DNA of 64,000 nt from Narcine bancroftii (lineage: Eukaryota). Of the stretch, positions 24,123-36,780 are shown piece by piece. The notes under the pieces are model-generated. The model saw only the letters and a list, made by a program, of their open reading frames with translations, was not told the DNA's origin and did no database searches. Position numbers and translations under genes: made by a program. Positions within the stretch are counted from its first letter, which is position 1. Every line of letters starts with the position of its first letter. The DNA is taken from contig NC_091480.1 in the NCBI RefSeq assembly GCF_036971445.1, positions 96,534,001 to 96,598,000 on the forward strand, given 5' to 3'.

Positions 24123-24379
24123 TTTTAGAGGATGGTTAATAGCTTTGATCCCAGATCTTAAATTGAGTAGCACAGATGCATTGGACGTAAAATATCCACG
24201 TGTGGCTATTGAAGTAAGTAAACAATTTTTATTGTGTGCTGTAATAAATTGTTTTCAATAATCAAACCATCCAAGCTTGGCTTGAAAAAACACTTTTCTG
24301 CCCTCTCATTATACATGATTTTTGGATCACTGGTGTGTTTGTGAGATCTAATTAAATAATTTTCTATCCATGTAACCAG

Positions 24380-24512
24380 CTCTAATCCTGTGCTGAAGAA
24401 TATGTGGCCAGAGGGAAAACTCAGTATCACTGAAGTGACAAAACGTCCTTTAACTGCTGCCACTTTGTTTAAAAACTCCATGATTGCACTGGTAGAAAAC
24501 TTGGAATCAAAA
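24380..24512 (+). CDS. MYO1D: Myosin-Id coding exon (133 nt; [12 protein letters not shown]...[24 protein letters not shown])
   Basis: ccag|C acceptor and AAA|gtaagt donor; class I myosin loop-2 region KRPLTA. Confidence 0.96.
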
Positions 24513-24644
24513 GTAAGTAAAACATAAACATCAGGGTTTGACATTTTCACTTCATTTAATTTTCCTGCGGCATAAGAATGAAGGAAGCAATATTTATGAT
24601 GAAATTATCTTTACAATAGTGTTCAATTCTATTAGTTTTGGATT

Positions 24645-24895
24645 TTTTTTTTAAATTTAGACATGCTGCACAGTAACAGGCCCTTTCAGCCCACGATCCC
24701 ATTCCTCCCAATTACACCTAATTGACCTACAACCCTGGTACATTTCGAACAGTGGGAGGAAACCAGAGCCCTTGGAGGAAACCCACGCAGATGTGGGGGG
24801 AGAATGTACCAACTCCTTAAATAAAGTGTGGGATTCAAATCCCTGTCCCAAACGCTGGCGTGTAATAGCATTGCGCTAACAAATATGCGCACAGT
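24645..24895 (-). mobile_element. V-SINE (HE1-like)
   Basis: Colinear with the copies at 13060 and 34487; B-box-like ggattcaaatccc; V-domain present. Confidence 0.82.
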
Positions 24896-25184
24896 GCCTA
24901 ATAATGAATAAAATTTACTTAATTATACTTCAATTCACAGTAAAAGGTACTGGCATCAGCTGAAACACAAATCAGTATGAGTACCGCAATGTATATTAAA
25001 TGAAAATCAAGTCAAAGCATGTTGCTGTCTTACAGGAATATCCTCAAGCTGCAACAATGCCCCATATCCAAAGTTTCCAAAGGTATTGAGATTAAATAAA
25101 TAGGCAGAATGAAATATCTTCCAGCAAAGATAGATAGAGGAATGTTTCTCACCCTTGGATCCAAATGTCAAGATTACTTTAGAC

Positions 25185-26907
25185 CACACATGTCAAACTC
25201 TGGCCCTCGATATAATTATATTTTGCCCGCAAGATCATATCAAAAATGTATTAGAGGTGTCCCGCTGGCCGCCACGCCAGTATAGCGCATGCACAGTAAC
25301 CACTGTGTCCCAGGGTGAGAGAGAGAGAGAAAAATCCTGGTCCTTGAAAAGCAATGGTGGGTAGTTTTATAAACACGCTGTCGCGTCCCCCCGCCCACCC
25401 CCCCACCGCAGCGCAGCCTGGCCGGTGTCAGGGGAAGCCAAGGCCGCTTCCCAGCGCCCGGAACCCCAGTGGCACAGCGTTTCTTGGAGCTGCAGATGGA
25501 GTCGGGACGCCGGAGGGAAGATTGGGGCTCCCCGCCGGGCGATGGGGGCGCCGGCCGCCCTGCGCCTTCCCACCGGACCAGCGGCGGGTGCCCAGAGTAC
25601 ACGTGGAGAGCGAGGCTGGTCGGGCAGGTAGGGTGGAACCCCCCCCCCGCCAATCTCGGGAGTGGCGTGGGCTGGATCGGGATTAGCCACACTCACCTGC
25701 TCCTCCACCGCTGACCGGGATCCCAGCGCGGTCCTGAGCGCGGAGACTGCCCTGGAAAAGTCCTGGGACACCGGCACGGAAAGAAGAGCAGGGTCCATAG
25801 AACATTACAGATCAGAAACAGGCCCTTCGGCCCTCGTGAACACCCAACACTGGAGAAACTCAGCGGGTTAAACCGTATCCTTTATCCAGCAGAGAGGTAC
25901 CTGACAATGTTTGGCCCTTGATCCCCCTCATCAATGTATGAGCGAAAGTCTGTGGTTCTCGTAAAAACACCAGAAGGGAGAAACTCAGCAGGTCAAAGGG
26001 GGTCCGGGAGAAACTCGGCAGGTCAAAGGGGGTCCGGGAGAAACTCAGCAGGTCAAGGGGGGTCCGGGAGAAACTTGGCAGGTCAAAGGGGGTCCGGGAG
26101 AAACTCAGCAGGTCAAGGGGGGTCCGGGAGAAACTCAGCAGGTCAAGGGGGGTCCGGCAGAAACTCAGGGGGGGCCTGACTTCGCCAGGACCGTTGCCCA
26201 CTCCCCCTCCCTGCCGCAGGCCGACCCGCGACTCACGGTGACGGGGCCGCTGATCCGCAGAGATGCCGCCCTGCAGCGAGAGCCGATGCCCCCGCACTGT
26301 CGTTGTCCCACCCGATCGCCCGCAAACGCCGCCCTCCCGCACACAGGCCTGAGTAAGGATTATGAACTTTAATCTCAGGATAAAACGATCTTCTAATAGT
26401 TTCATGTCACAGTGATAAATATATTCCTGGTTAAAAATGGTCCTGCACCTGGATACAAGATCATTAGGCATAAAACTTGTAAAGTGTGTAAATCAAAGGA
26501 TATCTGTACCAATGGAAAAAGGGTATGGCAAATAACCCTGCTAGAGTTCATGCCCACAATCAGTCACCCATTTGATTGTTTCAGGAATCATGTTATTCTC
26601 CCACATTCTCAATAGCCCTCAGATTTTACTATTCGACAGCACACTAGCAACATTTGACAAATCCTCTATAGAGAAATATTATTTATTGAATATTTTATTT
26701 CTCATTTGTTAATGCTTCTGGAAAGAGTTTATCCAAAACTATTATTAAACATTTATTTTAATAAGAAAAAGTTTAACATTACATATGTTGAAAGAAGAGA
26801 AAACATGCAGATGTTGTTGAAAATTTTCGATAAATATTTAGTTCGGCCCTCGACTTAGTCCAAGTTTTTAATTTTGGCCCTCTGTGAATTTGAGTTTGAC
26901 ACCCCTG
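25185..26907. mobile_element. Non-autonomous hAT/Charlie element, 1723 bp
   Basis: Ends CACACATGTCAAACTC and GAGTTTGACACCCCTG; perfect 8-bp TSD CTTTAGAC at 25177-25184 and 26908-26915. Confidence 0.9.
25976..26168 (+). repeat. 30-bp minisatellite, ~6.4 copies (gggagaaactcagcaggtcaaagggggtcc)
   Basis: Head-to-tail units with exact 30-bp period and no spacers. Confidence 0.95.
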
Positions 26908-28796
26908 CTTTAGACCATTTGCCAACCCCAAGAGAGATGTGAAACTGTTTAAGATGAATGTGTAAAATATTGCACTAAAACAATGAGTTCATGTTTAAAT
27001 TGGTAATGATTTTTTTAATAATTGTGGTTTAAAAGTAAAATTTCATTGATACCTACTTCCCCATCTTTAAGAACCTTTCTCAAAGAAACCATGTTGTTTG
27101 TCAATGTATTCATTGTTATTGGATGTTTTCTGTAATTGGACCATTTTGTAAGTGAATTCATGTCTGAATGATGATAAAACCTAACCTGAGTTCCATCCCA
27201 AGTAGGAAGAAAATGCCAGAGAAAATTGTGTGATGGTTGCAGGAACAATTTGGTCAACATTTTTTTTACAAAATGAAAAGTTAAAAGCAGGAACTATGAT
27301 TAAAATCCCAAATTAAATTCCATTTCTTTGTAGGAAAGGAATCTCTACATTAAGTATTTTATTTTTTTCTTATGTTATTGGACGTGAAAGTTTTCAGTGT
27401 TGTTTTTAGGGAGCTGGAATCACGAATATCTATGTGGATGAAAGTAATTGGATGACGGGTGCAGAGTGTTGCCAATATGTTCTATCACACCATTTTTGTT
27501 GGATTGTGATTTATTAAGCCATTGATATAATGTATGTAGGTTTAGGATCCAGTGGGATTGATTGTTCCTCGGAGAAACTCGATGTGGTTTAGTAGTATGA
27601 ATGTAAATCTCATTCTGAAGCTCGATGCCAAACTTTTGCATCAATATTATCAAAAAAAGGCTTTGGGATGAAAACTGGAATTGCTTGAAATAAATATTTA
27701 AAAACTTGGGTAATATTATCATTTTAACTGCATTAAATACGACCTCTTAAAGGAAATGATAAAGGAGACCATCTAGAAAAAGACAATCTCACACTCAAAT
27801 AGAGGAGAAAAAGTGAGTTTCTATAAATCTGTAAATCATTCAGTAAATTTGTATGTGAAATTATCTGACAATCTTTAATGGAACTTGAGTGTAGATAGGG
27901 ACTTGCATATTAATCAGAAAAATTTCACTTTTATCAAGGTTTAATTTGTATCCAGAGAAAGAGCTGAATTGAGAAAACACATTGACCTTTTGGGATCTGA
28001 AATATAAACTAATAGGTCATCTGCAAGCAAAGAAACGCCATTTCTGACAATGACTTAAACCTCAAGGGCTATTGCCAAAGATTCTAAAGCTAGATCAAAT
28101 AGCAAGAGGCTATGGGGCCATTCCTGTCTACTTCCTCCAAACAGCCTAAATAAGGATTTTTTTATTATTAGTAACCTCCATAGTTAAGGGGTACAGTAAA
28201 TCAACGTAAACCATGATATAAAGCCCATACCAAAATTAAATCTCCTTAACATTTCTGTTCTAAGCAGATTCCCTTCAATCGTGAAGTTGTGACCTCTTGT
28301 TCTAGACTCTCCCACTATGGGAGAAACAATTTTTCTCCATCTACTCTGCTTCAGCCCATGTGCAGTTTGACAACTCTTTTGAGAGAAACAAAGTCCCAAA
28401 CTTCAGCACCACATAAATAATTCAGATGGCTTAAAATAATCACCATAGCTTCATTGTGTTTGGCTTGTCAGAGATTTGTATGGTCTCCCTGCCAGTGGGT
28501 CTGACATGGGAATATTAAAACTCCATTCTAATCATCTGATGAGCACAGCCTGAAAGAGGGAAGTTCTGTTATCTTTGTATAATGTCCTTCATGACCTGAT
28601 TGATAACATTGTTGTGGAAAGTGGTTTTTGATGAGCTTTTATTTGTCACATATTATGCTCCTAGGATTGCTTTTAGTTGGAAGGAGTGAAACAGAATCTT
28701 GGCTGGTTCCTTCTGATTTACTCGAAGGAACATTAACCGATGGTGATTGATTACACTCAGATTCAAGTTTTCATATCTGCAGTCTCAAAAACTCTC

Positions 28797-28854
28797 TGTT
28801 TGTTATCCATCTATAATGAGTTATCCTTTTGTTTGTTATCCATCTATAATGAGT
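28797..28854 (+). repeat. Short direct duplication (25 bp, period 33)
   Basis: tgtttgttatccatctataatgagt at 28797 and 28830. Confidence 0.85.
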
Positions 28855-30927
28855 GAACCCTTGAATGTCATTGAAATGTACCTGTTAATTTGTGGGAACA
28901 ATTTCTTCAGAGCATTGATGCAGAAAATATAAATTTTCTTAACATGGGACAAAAGGAAATCAACATTAATTTATTAAATTCCTAGTAAGGTCGCCATGGA
29001 AATTTCAGTTCAAATATTCAGTTATGAATTGATGCAATACACAAATGTGCTGTAGAAACTAAGGGCCCAAGCCCAAAAACGTTGGTGACCCTTTCTTTTC
29101 AGTGTATGTTTCGTGCCTTGCTGAGTTTCTGTAGCACAGTTATGTGCTGTACGTGACCCTTGGATCTTGTTTAACGGTAATGAATTGACATTGTAATGCA
29201 GAAGATTTGAATCAAAACCTGATTCACACTATGGTATTTTAACTGCTCTGTAAAGTGAACATAAACCAAATGTGAAATTGAAGTGTTAGTATTTTAAAAC
29301 TAGTTTCTATCATTTTTTTTTCCTTAAGATGGCTTGAATCCTGATTTGAATTGACTCTCTGGAGGTGATGCCTCTGGCCAAATTCTCAGTCAGTGGTTCT
29401 CTGGATGTAGAACATCGATCAAATATCAAATTTACAGCTTCAGAGCTTTTTTTTGCCAGCTGAGAGTGGAGATTTTGAAAGCATTTGTCTCTCAGATCAT
29501 TCTCGGTCTCTTTCCCTCGGAAGGTCAATCCTGATTTTGCCCATCCATGGGTTCTTTATTGTATCCAAATTAGATTATCGAGCAGCATGTCTGTGCAATG
29601 TGGGAGGAAATCCAGGAAAAAGGCATGCAGTCAAACGAAGGCCATGTGCAGATCAGAATAACGGGACAGCTGCGCCATTAGCAGTGCCATTGTGCCCTCT
29701 TTAAGGTTGCTCTACTCCCCTTCCTCACCAACCCACTCCATCATCCATCCAAACAGAATGCCCTGATTGGCAATGATGTTGTTCTCTGACACTCCCACAT
29801 GCAAATCATGTGAGAAATATGGGAGAGTGAAACTGGCCAAGTTCTCCTCGGGGGCAGGAGGGGAAAGAACAGTCATTGTTCCCAATGAACCATCTCTAAA
29901 ATAACCATGGAAAATGCTTATCAAATCAAGCAGTCTGCGGAAAGAAAAACTCTCTTCAGGATGAGTAGCCATGATCAGAAAAGAGAAAGAGCAAACAAAG
30001 CTGTGAAAAACTCCAATAGTCTGCTGCCCAACCATTCAGAAATCACGACGGTTTTGTGCCTGGTTCACCAATTAATATTTGCCATGTCCCTAACCCCATC
30101 TTGCCCAGCCATGGTTTTCACAGGCCAATTAACCTTATTTGGCCCTTGGGGAAATTTAATTTTTCTGGGGGAAAAATTGTAACGCAGATATAATTCTACC
30201 CCTTCTGAAGAGAGGAAATGCAACAATCCGTGCCTGTAGTGAAATGATTGAGATTAATGAAATACGTCGAGGTGCAGATGATGGGCCCTTGTATTTTGTT
30301 CCATATCTTTTTATTTTTGGGTTTCTTTTGATTGTTTTTACTTAAGACCCCTTAAGGGTTTGTGACTTTACCGATATTTGGTTACTTGTTTAATTTATAT
30401 AATATTTTCTTTGTTGTGGGAGGGAGGGGAGAGGGGCGGGAAAAAATAGATTCTGCATGTTATATACTATTGTTGAAAGAGATTGTGTTTGGATTTGAAT
30501 GTCTTTGAAAACCAAAAATAAAATAATTTTAAAAAAAAAAGAATTATCTGTAGCGGTTTCAGCAAAGTTTTCCAAGAGATATTGTAAAAAAGATTCTCCC
30601 TGAATTTTATAATAATGTCTGGATATGCAATTATCAACTTACAGACATGTGTTTCTGAAGACAGAATGTTGGGCTGGACAATGTGGACGTACCTATTTTA
30701 AGGGGAGAGGAGAATTATTTCTTTTGGAATAATTGTTCCTGTTTTAAACATGTTCACTGATACTTAATTACAAACCTAATTGTTGCAAGATATTGCTGTG
30801 ATGCTTCTAAATACAGGATTGCACATGAATGCATCTGTTATATTAAAAAAAAAGATGATCAACAGTTGAATTGAGTGAATCCCTGATTATGGATATTAAT
30901 TTATAAATTTCAATTTTTGTTCAACAG

Positions 30928-31094
30928 GAGCCTTACTATGTTCGATGTATTAAGCCCAATGATCAGAAATCTCCACTCCTGTTTGACGAGTATCGTTGCC
31001 AACACCAGGTGGAATATTTAGGTTTAATGGAAAATGTGCGTGTTCGAAGGGCAGGGTTTGCTTACAGACAGACTTATGAAAGATTCCTGCAGAG
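30928..31094 (+). CDS. MYO1D: Myosin-Id coding exon (167 nt; [12 protein letters not shown]...[24 protein letters not shown](R))
   Basis: aacag|GAG acceptor and AG|gtaaaa donor; RCIKPND and [10 protein letters not shown] motifs. Confidence 0.97.
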
Positions 31095-31319
31095 GTAAAA
31101 ATTTATGATCAAATCCAGGATGTAACTAGGAAAATGTATAACTAATTGTGTAATAGCCATAACATTGTTATATTTTATGTTCAACCATCAAAAAGTGAGA
31201 TATCCAAAATGATCCTTCATTCTTCTTCCTCCTTTATTATTCATATTGAGTAGTCTTGGAATCTTTAGTCTTGGAGTTCTAAGACTTGATCCTAATGGAT
31301 TAACAAAGTTATTTTTGGA

Positions 31320-31640
31320 ATAAAACAAAAGTCTGCAGAAGTCAAAACAATGCTGGAGAAACTCAGCAAGTCAAACAGCGTATATAGCAAAGATAAAGAT
31401 ACACAACCAACGTTTTGGGCCTGAGCCCTTCATCGAGGTATGAGAAAAATGTAGCCAGGCACCTGAATAAAATGATGAGGGGGCCGGGGAAGAGCACAGT
31501 CCCACAACCAGGAGGTAGGTAAGGAAGGGAGGGCACAAGGGAGAGGGGAGATGGCTCTAAAGGGAGAGGTCAATGTTAATACCTTGGAGAGTGCCCAGAT
31601 ATTAGAATTTGTTCATCTAATTTATGGGTGGCCTTAGTTT
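31320..31640 (-). mobile_element. Penelope-like element 3' fragment (terminal repeat, purine tract, GIY-YIG tail remnant)
   Basis: ctggagaaactcagc...caacgttttgggcctgagcccttcatcgagg terminal motif, continuing into sequence homologous to 35490-35700. Confidence 0.7.
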
Positions 31641-31840
31641 GGAAGTTATTTTTGGATCTTGATATTATTCAAATTGAAATCAATATCTTTTGGGCAGTTT
31701 TTACATTTGTTAGTGCCATCCATCTTGGTGGAGAGTCCGTTGGTTTTGGAATATATTCTCCTACGCTTCCAATTTACCTTGGTGATGCCCTATAAAAAGT
31801 TAATATGCTATCGGCTGGTGCACTTTAATATATTTTAGAT

Positions 31841-32216
31841 CACTGGTTCCCAACCTTTTCCTTCCAACTCACATACCACTTTAAGTATTCCCTATGCCAT
31901 AGGTGCTTTGTGATTAGTAAGGCATTGCTTAAGGTGGGATGTGGGTGGAAAGAAATAAATTTGAAAACCACTGTTTTAATCGTCCCTAATTGACTCGTTA
32001 TGTGCACGGTTTCTTAACTCCAAAGGAAATGGGCCAATGACAATTTTTCTCAAGCAAAATATTCCAGTAACAATTGGGTCTAGAGCAGAGGTTCTCCACC
32101 TTCCCTTCCCACTCACATCCCACCTTAAGCAATCCCTTGCTAATCACAGAGCACCAATGACATAGAGAATACTTAAAATGGGATGTGAGAGGGAAGAAAA
32201 AGGTTGGGAACCACTG
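31841..32216. mobile_element. Composite hAT MITE: two inverted monomers (31841-31973, 32086-32216) around a 112-bp spacer
   Basis: Each half resembles the 23979 monomer. Outer flanks are ttttagat and tt-ttttagat; inner flanks are ttttaatc and gtctagag. Confidence 0.8.
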
Positions 32217-32301
32217 TTTTTTAGATGCTCTGGAGTCAGGGCATCACCAGTCCTGATACAGACATCACTTCAGCAAATTTAAAAATTGCCCTATAGACTA
32301 A

Positions 32302-33272
32302 AGTGCCTTTCTCACACTTGCAAGTGATCCCAGGAATCAAATGCCAATCGGCCTTTAAGGTGGCAAGTCCGAAAACAAAATCAGCTCCACGGTGGCGTCA
32401 GACGATGCCATCTCACGCCAGGGGTTGACGGCCTCGACCCCTAGTACAATCCCCAGCATGAGTGCAGAAAGAAAAGATTAAAATGAAGGTATAAACTTTG
32501 TCGTGGGAAAGTTGCAGTGCGAGAGAGAGAGAGAGGAAATGAACTGCAATAAATAGCAATAGCAGACAATTTTTAAACAGCTTGGGAAAATTGGTCGCAC
32601 TGTAGCGCACAATTTATAAAGACCATGGGGGGAAAAAAGCAATGGTGGACCTGACTTTCCAGAATGCTGTGCGGCAGAGAAATCCTTCTATAAATCCTCC
32701 ATGCATGTAGCCGGGCATACAGCCTTTTCCCTGCCACATGGTATTCTGGGAGGGCAAGTCCACCATCGCTTCCCCCACCCCCCCCCCCATGGTATTTATA
32801 AATTATACACAATAGCTCTACCAACTTCCCCACACTATATAAATTGAGCACTCTAGTGCTACAAACTTTCCCACCCTGTTTAAAAATTGTCCGCTATTAC
32901 TATTTATTGCTCGCACTTTCCCATGGTCCCTTATAAAAGTTTATATCGGTTGGCACAACAACAATGTAGGCTAAAGAGCTCATACTGTGCTGTACATAAA
33001 GCTTAATTATGTTATAATTAGGCATGATTAATTTTGTTCAAATATAAGATCATAATACATTGATCAGGGTTTAAGGCAGATTCACCATCATTCGATGCGT
33101 CATGACATCACGAGTAGGAGGAGGAACACTCCTAACCCTGGGGGATGGCTCCTCGTGTGAAAGGGTTCACTGTCTCAGTTAGGAGTGGTCAAGTGTGAAA
33201 AGCAGGACCCCCCCATTCCTATCCTGAGACACTGAGCAGCCAATTTAGTGGGATGCAAGTGTGAAAGGGGCT
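32302..33272. mobile_element. Non-autonomous PIF/Harbinger-like element
   Basis: Imperfect TIRs agtgcctttctcacacttgca and tgcaagtgtgaaaggggct; internal inverted repeat ~32548-32592 / ~32863-32910. Confidence 0.62.
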
Positions 33273-33293
33273 TACACATTGCCAATTTGTGAA

Positions 33294-33396
33294 TCTTCTT
33301 CTTTGGCTTGGCTTCGCGGACGAAGATTTATGGAGGGGGTAAAAAGTCCACGTCAGCTGCAGGCTTGTTTGTGGCTGACAAGTCCGATGCGGGACA
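33294..33396 (-). mobile_element. RTE LINE 3' end (short)
   Basis: Reverse complement of the 2430-2526 segment. Confidence 0.88.
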
Positions 33397-34486
33397 TAAT
33401 TAAACATAATTATAACCACTGGATGGCGCTCAGCAGTAAAGTGTTTCTCTGGTTCTGAGGTGGTTCTGTTAAGAGTCCATGGAACACTCGCAGAGAAGTG
33501 ATGGTAGATCAATTCTGTCATGCTACTTCTGCTAAATTTGCCTTCCTTCCCTAAAATGGTTGTGGAAATTGGATTGTGTGTAGATAAACAAACGTTCACG
33601 CAGGACAGACACAAAATGCAAGTGGTCGAATCTGAAGTGAGTGTCACTAAAGGAATGACATTGAAAACAACATGAAGGAATTCACGGCCCAAGCTGCTCT
33701 GCACCTCCACATTGTAGAAATTTTAAAAAACCTAAAGGCTCGGACATTTCTAGGCATGAGGCATAAAGAGGAAAGAAGCCCAATTCACAATATCCTTCAA
33801 AAATCTGATTGATGCTGGAAATATGTGAAAACGTTAATCACTTGGGAGCTGAACTTCTCCACTCGTGCATTCAAGATTGAAGAGGAGTTGGATTTGCATC
33901 CCCAATAGTAATCTTGCCCATTATTTTCAGTCATACTATTGAGGTTTTTTTTATATTTTTTTTCCAAAGCATGCTCTTGTTCTTAACCACTTCACCCCCC
34001 CCCCCCCCACACACTTTAAGATGCTTCTAAAACACCACACTTTTGCCAGTCTCTTGGTCAGTCAGTCATTTATCTTGCTACTTCACTGTGTGTCACATTG
34101 TGCATCCTGATACTCCTGTTAACTGTTAAAAGTGCGATTTTAATGTATTGTAATTAGATCTTTGGAACTTGGAACAGTCCAGAACTAGGCCTTTTGATCC
34201 ATGATATCCAAATTAAACTAAAATTCTGCTTGCACGAGATACTTATCCTTATCATCCCTGCATATTCATCTGTCTATTTAGAACTCTCTTAAACGCGACT
34301 ATTGTATCTGCTTCCACCACGACACCTGACAGCAGTTCCAACACCTACTAGTCTGTGTAAAGAAACTTGCCCCACACGTTTTTTTCCAAATACCCCCCCC
34401 CCCCCCACCCAATGCCCTCACCCATGTGACATTTTTTTCCTTGAGAGACAAAAAATTGACTGTGTACTGAAAGTAGTACATTCAGC

Positions 34487-34737
34487 ATAGCGGTTAGTGC
34501 CACGTCCTTACAGCGCCAGCAATCATGACCAGACCTGGATTCGAATTCCATGCTGTCTGTAAGGAGTTTGTACGTTCTCCCTGTGTCTGCATGGGTTTTC
34601 TCCGGGGCCCTCCGGTTTCCTCCCACCTTTCAAAAACGTTCCGGGGTGTAGGTTAATGGGGTGTAAATTGAGCTGCACGACCCATAGGGCCAAATTGGCC
34701 TGTTACTGTGCTATATGTCTTTTTTTAAATTTAAATT
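34487..34737 (+). mobile_element. V-SINE (HE1-like)
   Basis: tRNA-like head (tagcggttag; ggattcgaattcc), V-domain gagtttgtacgttctccctgtgtctgcatgggttttctccgggg...ccggtttcctccca and a CR1-like tail. Confidence 0.85.
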
Positions 34738-34744
34738 CTTTATT

Positions 34745-35140
34745 TTTTAAATTGCCCTATATGTCCTGCCTCTTCCCATAGATCATACCCTCTAATCCAG
34801 GCAGCACCCGGTAAATCTCTCCTATATCCTTTCCAAAGCCTCCTCATCCTTCCTCCCGTGGGGTGACCAATATTGCGTATGATACTCCAAGTGCAGCCTT
34901 ATCAAAGTTTTACACCGCTGCAACATGACTTCCTTCCTCTTCTAGTCCTCATCCTGACAAATGTAGCATGGCATATGCCTGCTTTTATCATACTTGAGTC
35001 CACTTTCAAGGCTCTGTGGACCTGGACCCCCAAATCTCTCTGCACGTCCATACTTTTAAGTGTGCCAGCATTAACTGTATATTTTCTCATTGAATTTGAT
35101 CTCCTAAAGTGTAACATCTCACACTTGTCTGGATTAAGCT
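34745..35140 (-). mobile_element. CR1 LINE fragment
   Basis: The minus strand reads NPDKCEMLHF...QRDLGVQVHRALKV. Confidence 0.75.
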
Positions 35141-35249
35141 GGAACAGTAGAACAATCAGCCTCGATTCTCTTCCAACATTCAGTTTAATAATCGGTGCCC
35201 TCCATCCCTGCTTCATTTCCCAGTGTATCTCCGTATCCCACAATATCAG

Positions 35250-35750
35250 TCTTTCCCTCCCAAACGATCCTTCCAAGTGAAGCCATGTTTCTACTCTATC
35301 TGATGCTCCCATTATGGCCTTCTCTACGTTGAAGAGACTGGACGCAGACTGGGAGATCGCTCCACTGAGCCGCCTTCGCTCTGCCCACATCAATGACCGG
35401 AATCTCCCAGTGGCTAACCATTTTAATTCTGCACCCCACTCCCGTGCTGACATATCTGTTCATGGCCTCATACTGTCAAACAAAGAGCATCCGTAAATTG
35501 AAGGAACAACATCTAGTATTCTGTCTGGGCCCTCTCCAACCGGATGGCATTAACATAGACTTATCCAGTTTCTGCTAGCCCGCTCCCTATTCTCCCTCTC
35601 TTCCCCATCCCTCTTTTTCACTCCAGCTCTCCACCCCCTTCCCTCTCCATTCATAGAGCCATCCCCCCTCCCCCTGTTTGCCGGTGTGCCCTCCCTCCCT
35701 TATCACCTCCTGCCTTTGGAACTGTGCTCCTCCCCTGACCCTCCCACTAC
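35250..35750 (+). mobile_element. Penelope-like element, GIY-YIG endonuclease remnant and pyrimidine-rich 3' tract
   Basis: Frameshifted GLLYV.ETGRRLGDR...LPVANHFNS.PHS...RKLKEQHLVFCLGPLQPDGINID. Confidence 0.8.
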
Positions 35751-36564
35751 AGTGTTGTGTTTTGCCCCGGTCTTTCAAGGTTTGTTTGGATCGAATCCAA
35801 GATCCACAGCCCTTTGGGGAGCGAATTCACGGCACTCGCTACCAATAGTGGGGGAAAAAGATGCTTCCTGTTTTTTTTTAATCCCAAATCTCGTTTCGAT
35901 TGGATCACTTATTTTCACTCTCTTTACACATGTATTAGGTTCAATTATGAGTTGGACTGAGTAACATCAAAAAGACCTTGGCATATGGAAGTTAAATTTA
36001 CCTTTCAGAAATGAATAAGTTATCTATTTGAGATTTAAATGAGAGCATCTTAAACAATCTCCTTTTCACTCGAGGGAGGACAAAGCAGGCTATCTTGTTC
36101 AGTTGCTTTGAACTTGACTTTCATTGATATTGAGCCTTTTGTGGCAGAACATGGCTTAATTGATTGAGCATTTGGGATGGGAGAAAATAAATCATTGTTA
36201 TAGAGAAACCTAGCGATCAATCTGCATATCATTAGGATCCCACAAACTATAACATGATAATCACTGTATCTTGAGTCTCATTAGTCAAAGAGAGCTCCAT
36301 GATCTTGTACTTAGCGATTTGGGAACTTTTAAATTCACTTGAGATTTGATGTGTTAAAGATAGTGCAACACTGCATCAGCTCTACATTAGATGCATTTAT
36401 CCTCAAACTTGGCCAATTTTATTTAGTCGTAATTCCCCTGCTTTACATAGCTTTACACATCTCCTTCCAAATTGATCTTTTTTGTATGTTTCTTTAAATT
36501 CACATTATGTAGATAATTTTAATGAATGCAGCGTAGTTGATCCTGAGTCACTGCCAAAGAAATT

Positions 36565-36780
36565 GTGGTAAGTGGCAGCACAAAGGTATTACAAATCCAG
36601 CACCGTCTGTAAGGAGTTTGTATGTTCTCCCCGAGACTTCCATGGACTTTCTTGGGTGCATTGGTTTCTTCCCATCCTCTAAAACATAGGCGATTAGTTG
36701 GTTAATTGGTTAGCACGTGGTTTATCGTCTGAAAGGGCCTTCTTCTAATGCTGTATTGGTAAAATTGTTAAAATTAAATA
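36565..36780 (+). mobile_element. Diverged V-SINE
   Basis: gtctgtaaggagtttgtatgttctccccg...ggtttcttccca...gaaagggcc...gctgta. Confidence 0.7.

Noticed and set aside
25240-25800. CpG island or promoter of a nested gene, with overlapping ORFs
   Set aside because: It lies within the TSD-bounded hAT element, and ORFs in several frames are expected from high GC content.
25976-26168. CRISPR-like array of 30-bp repeats
   Set aside because: The units are contiguous with no unique spacers, there are no cas genes, and the context is a vertebrate intron.
25860-26471. 203-aa minus-strand ORF with repeated FSRTPLDLLS
   Set aside because: It is open only because the minisatellite period is a multiple of 3; it lies inside a transposon and has no recognisable domain.
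34487-34545. tRNA gene
   Set aside because: The A/B-box-like motifs belong to the SINE head, and no cloverleaf can be formed.
36230-36410. Ancient Deu-domain SINE relic (similar trace at ~47430-47620)
   Set aside because: The resemblance is from memory and too decayed to support without a profile search.
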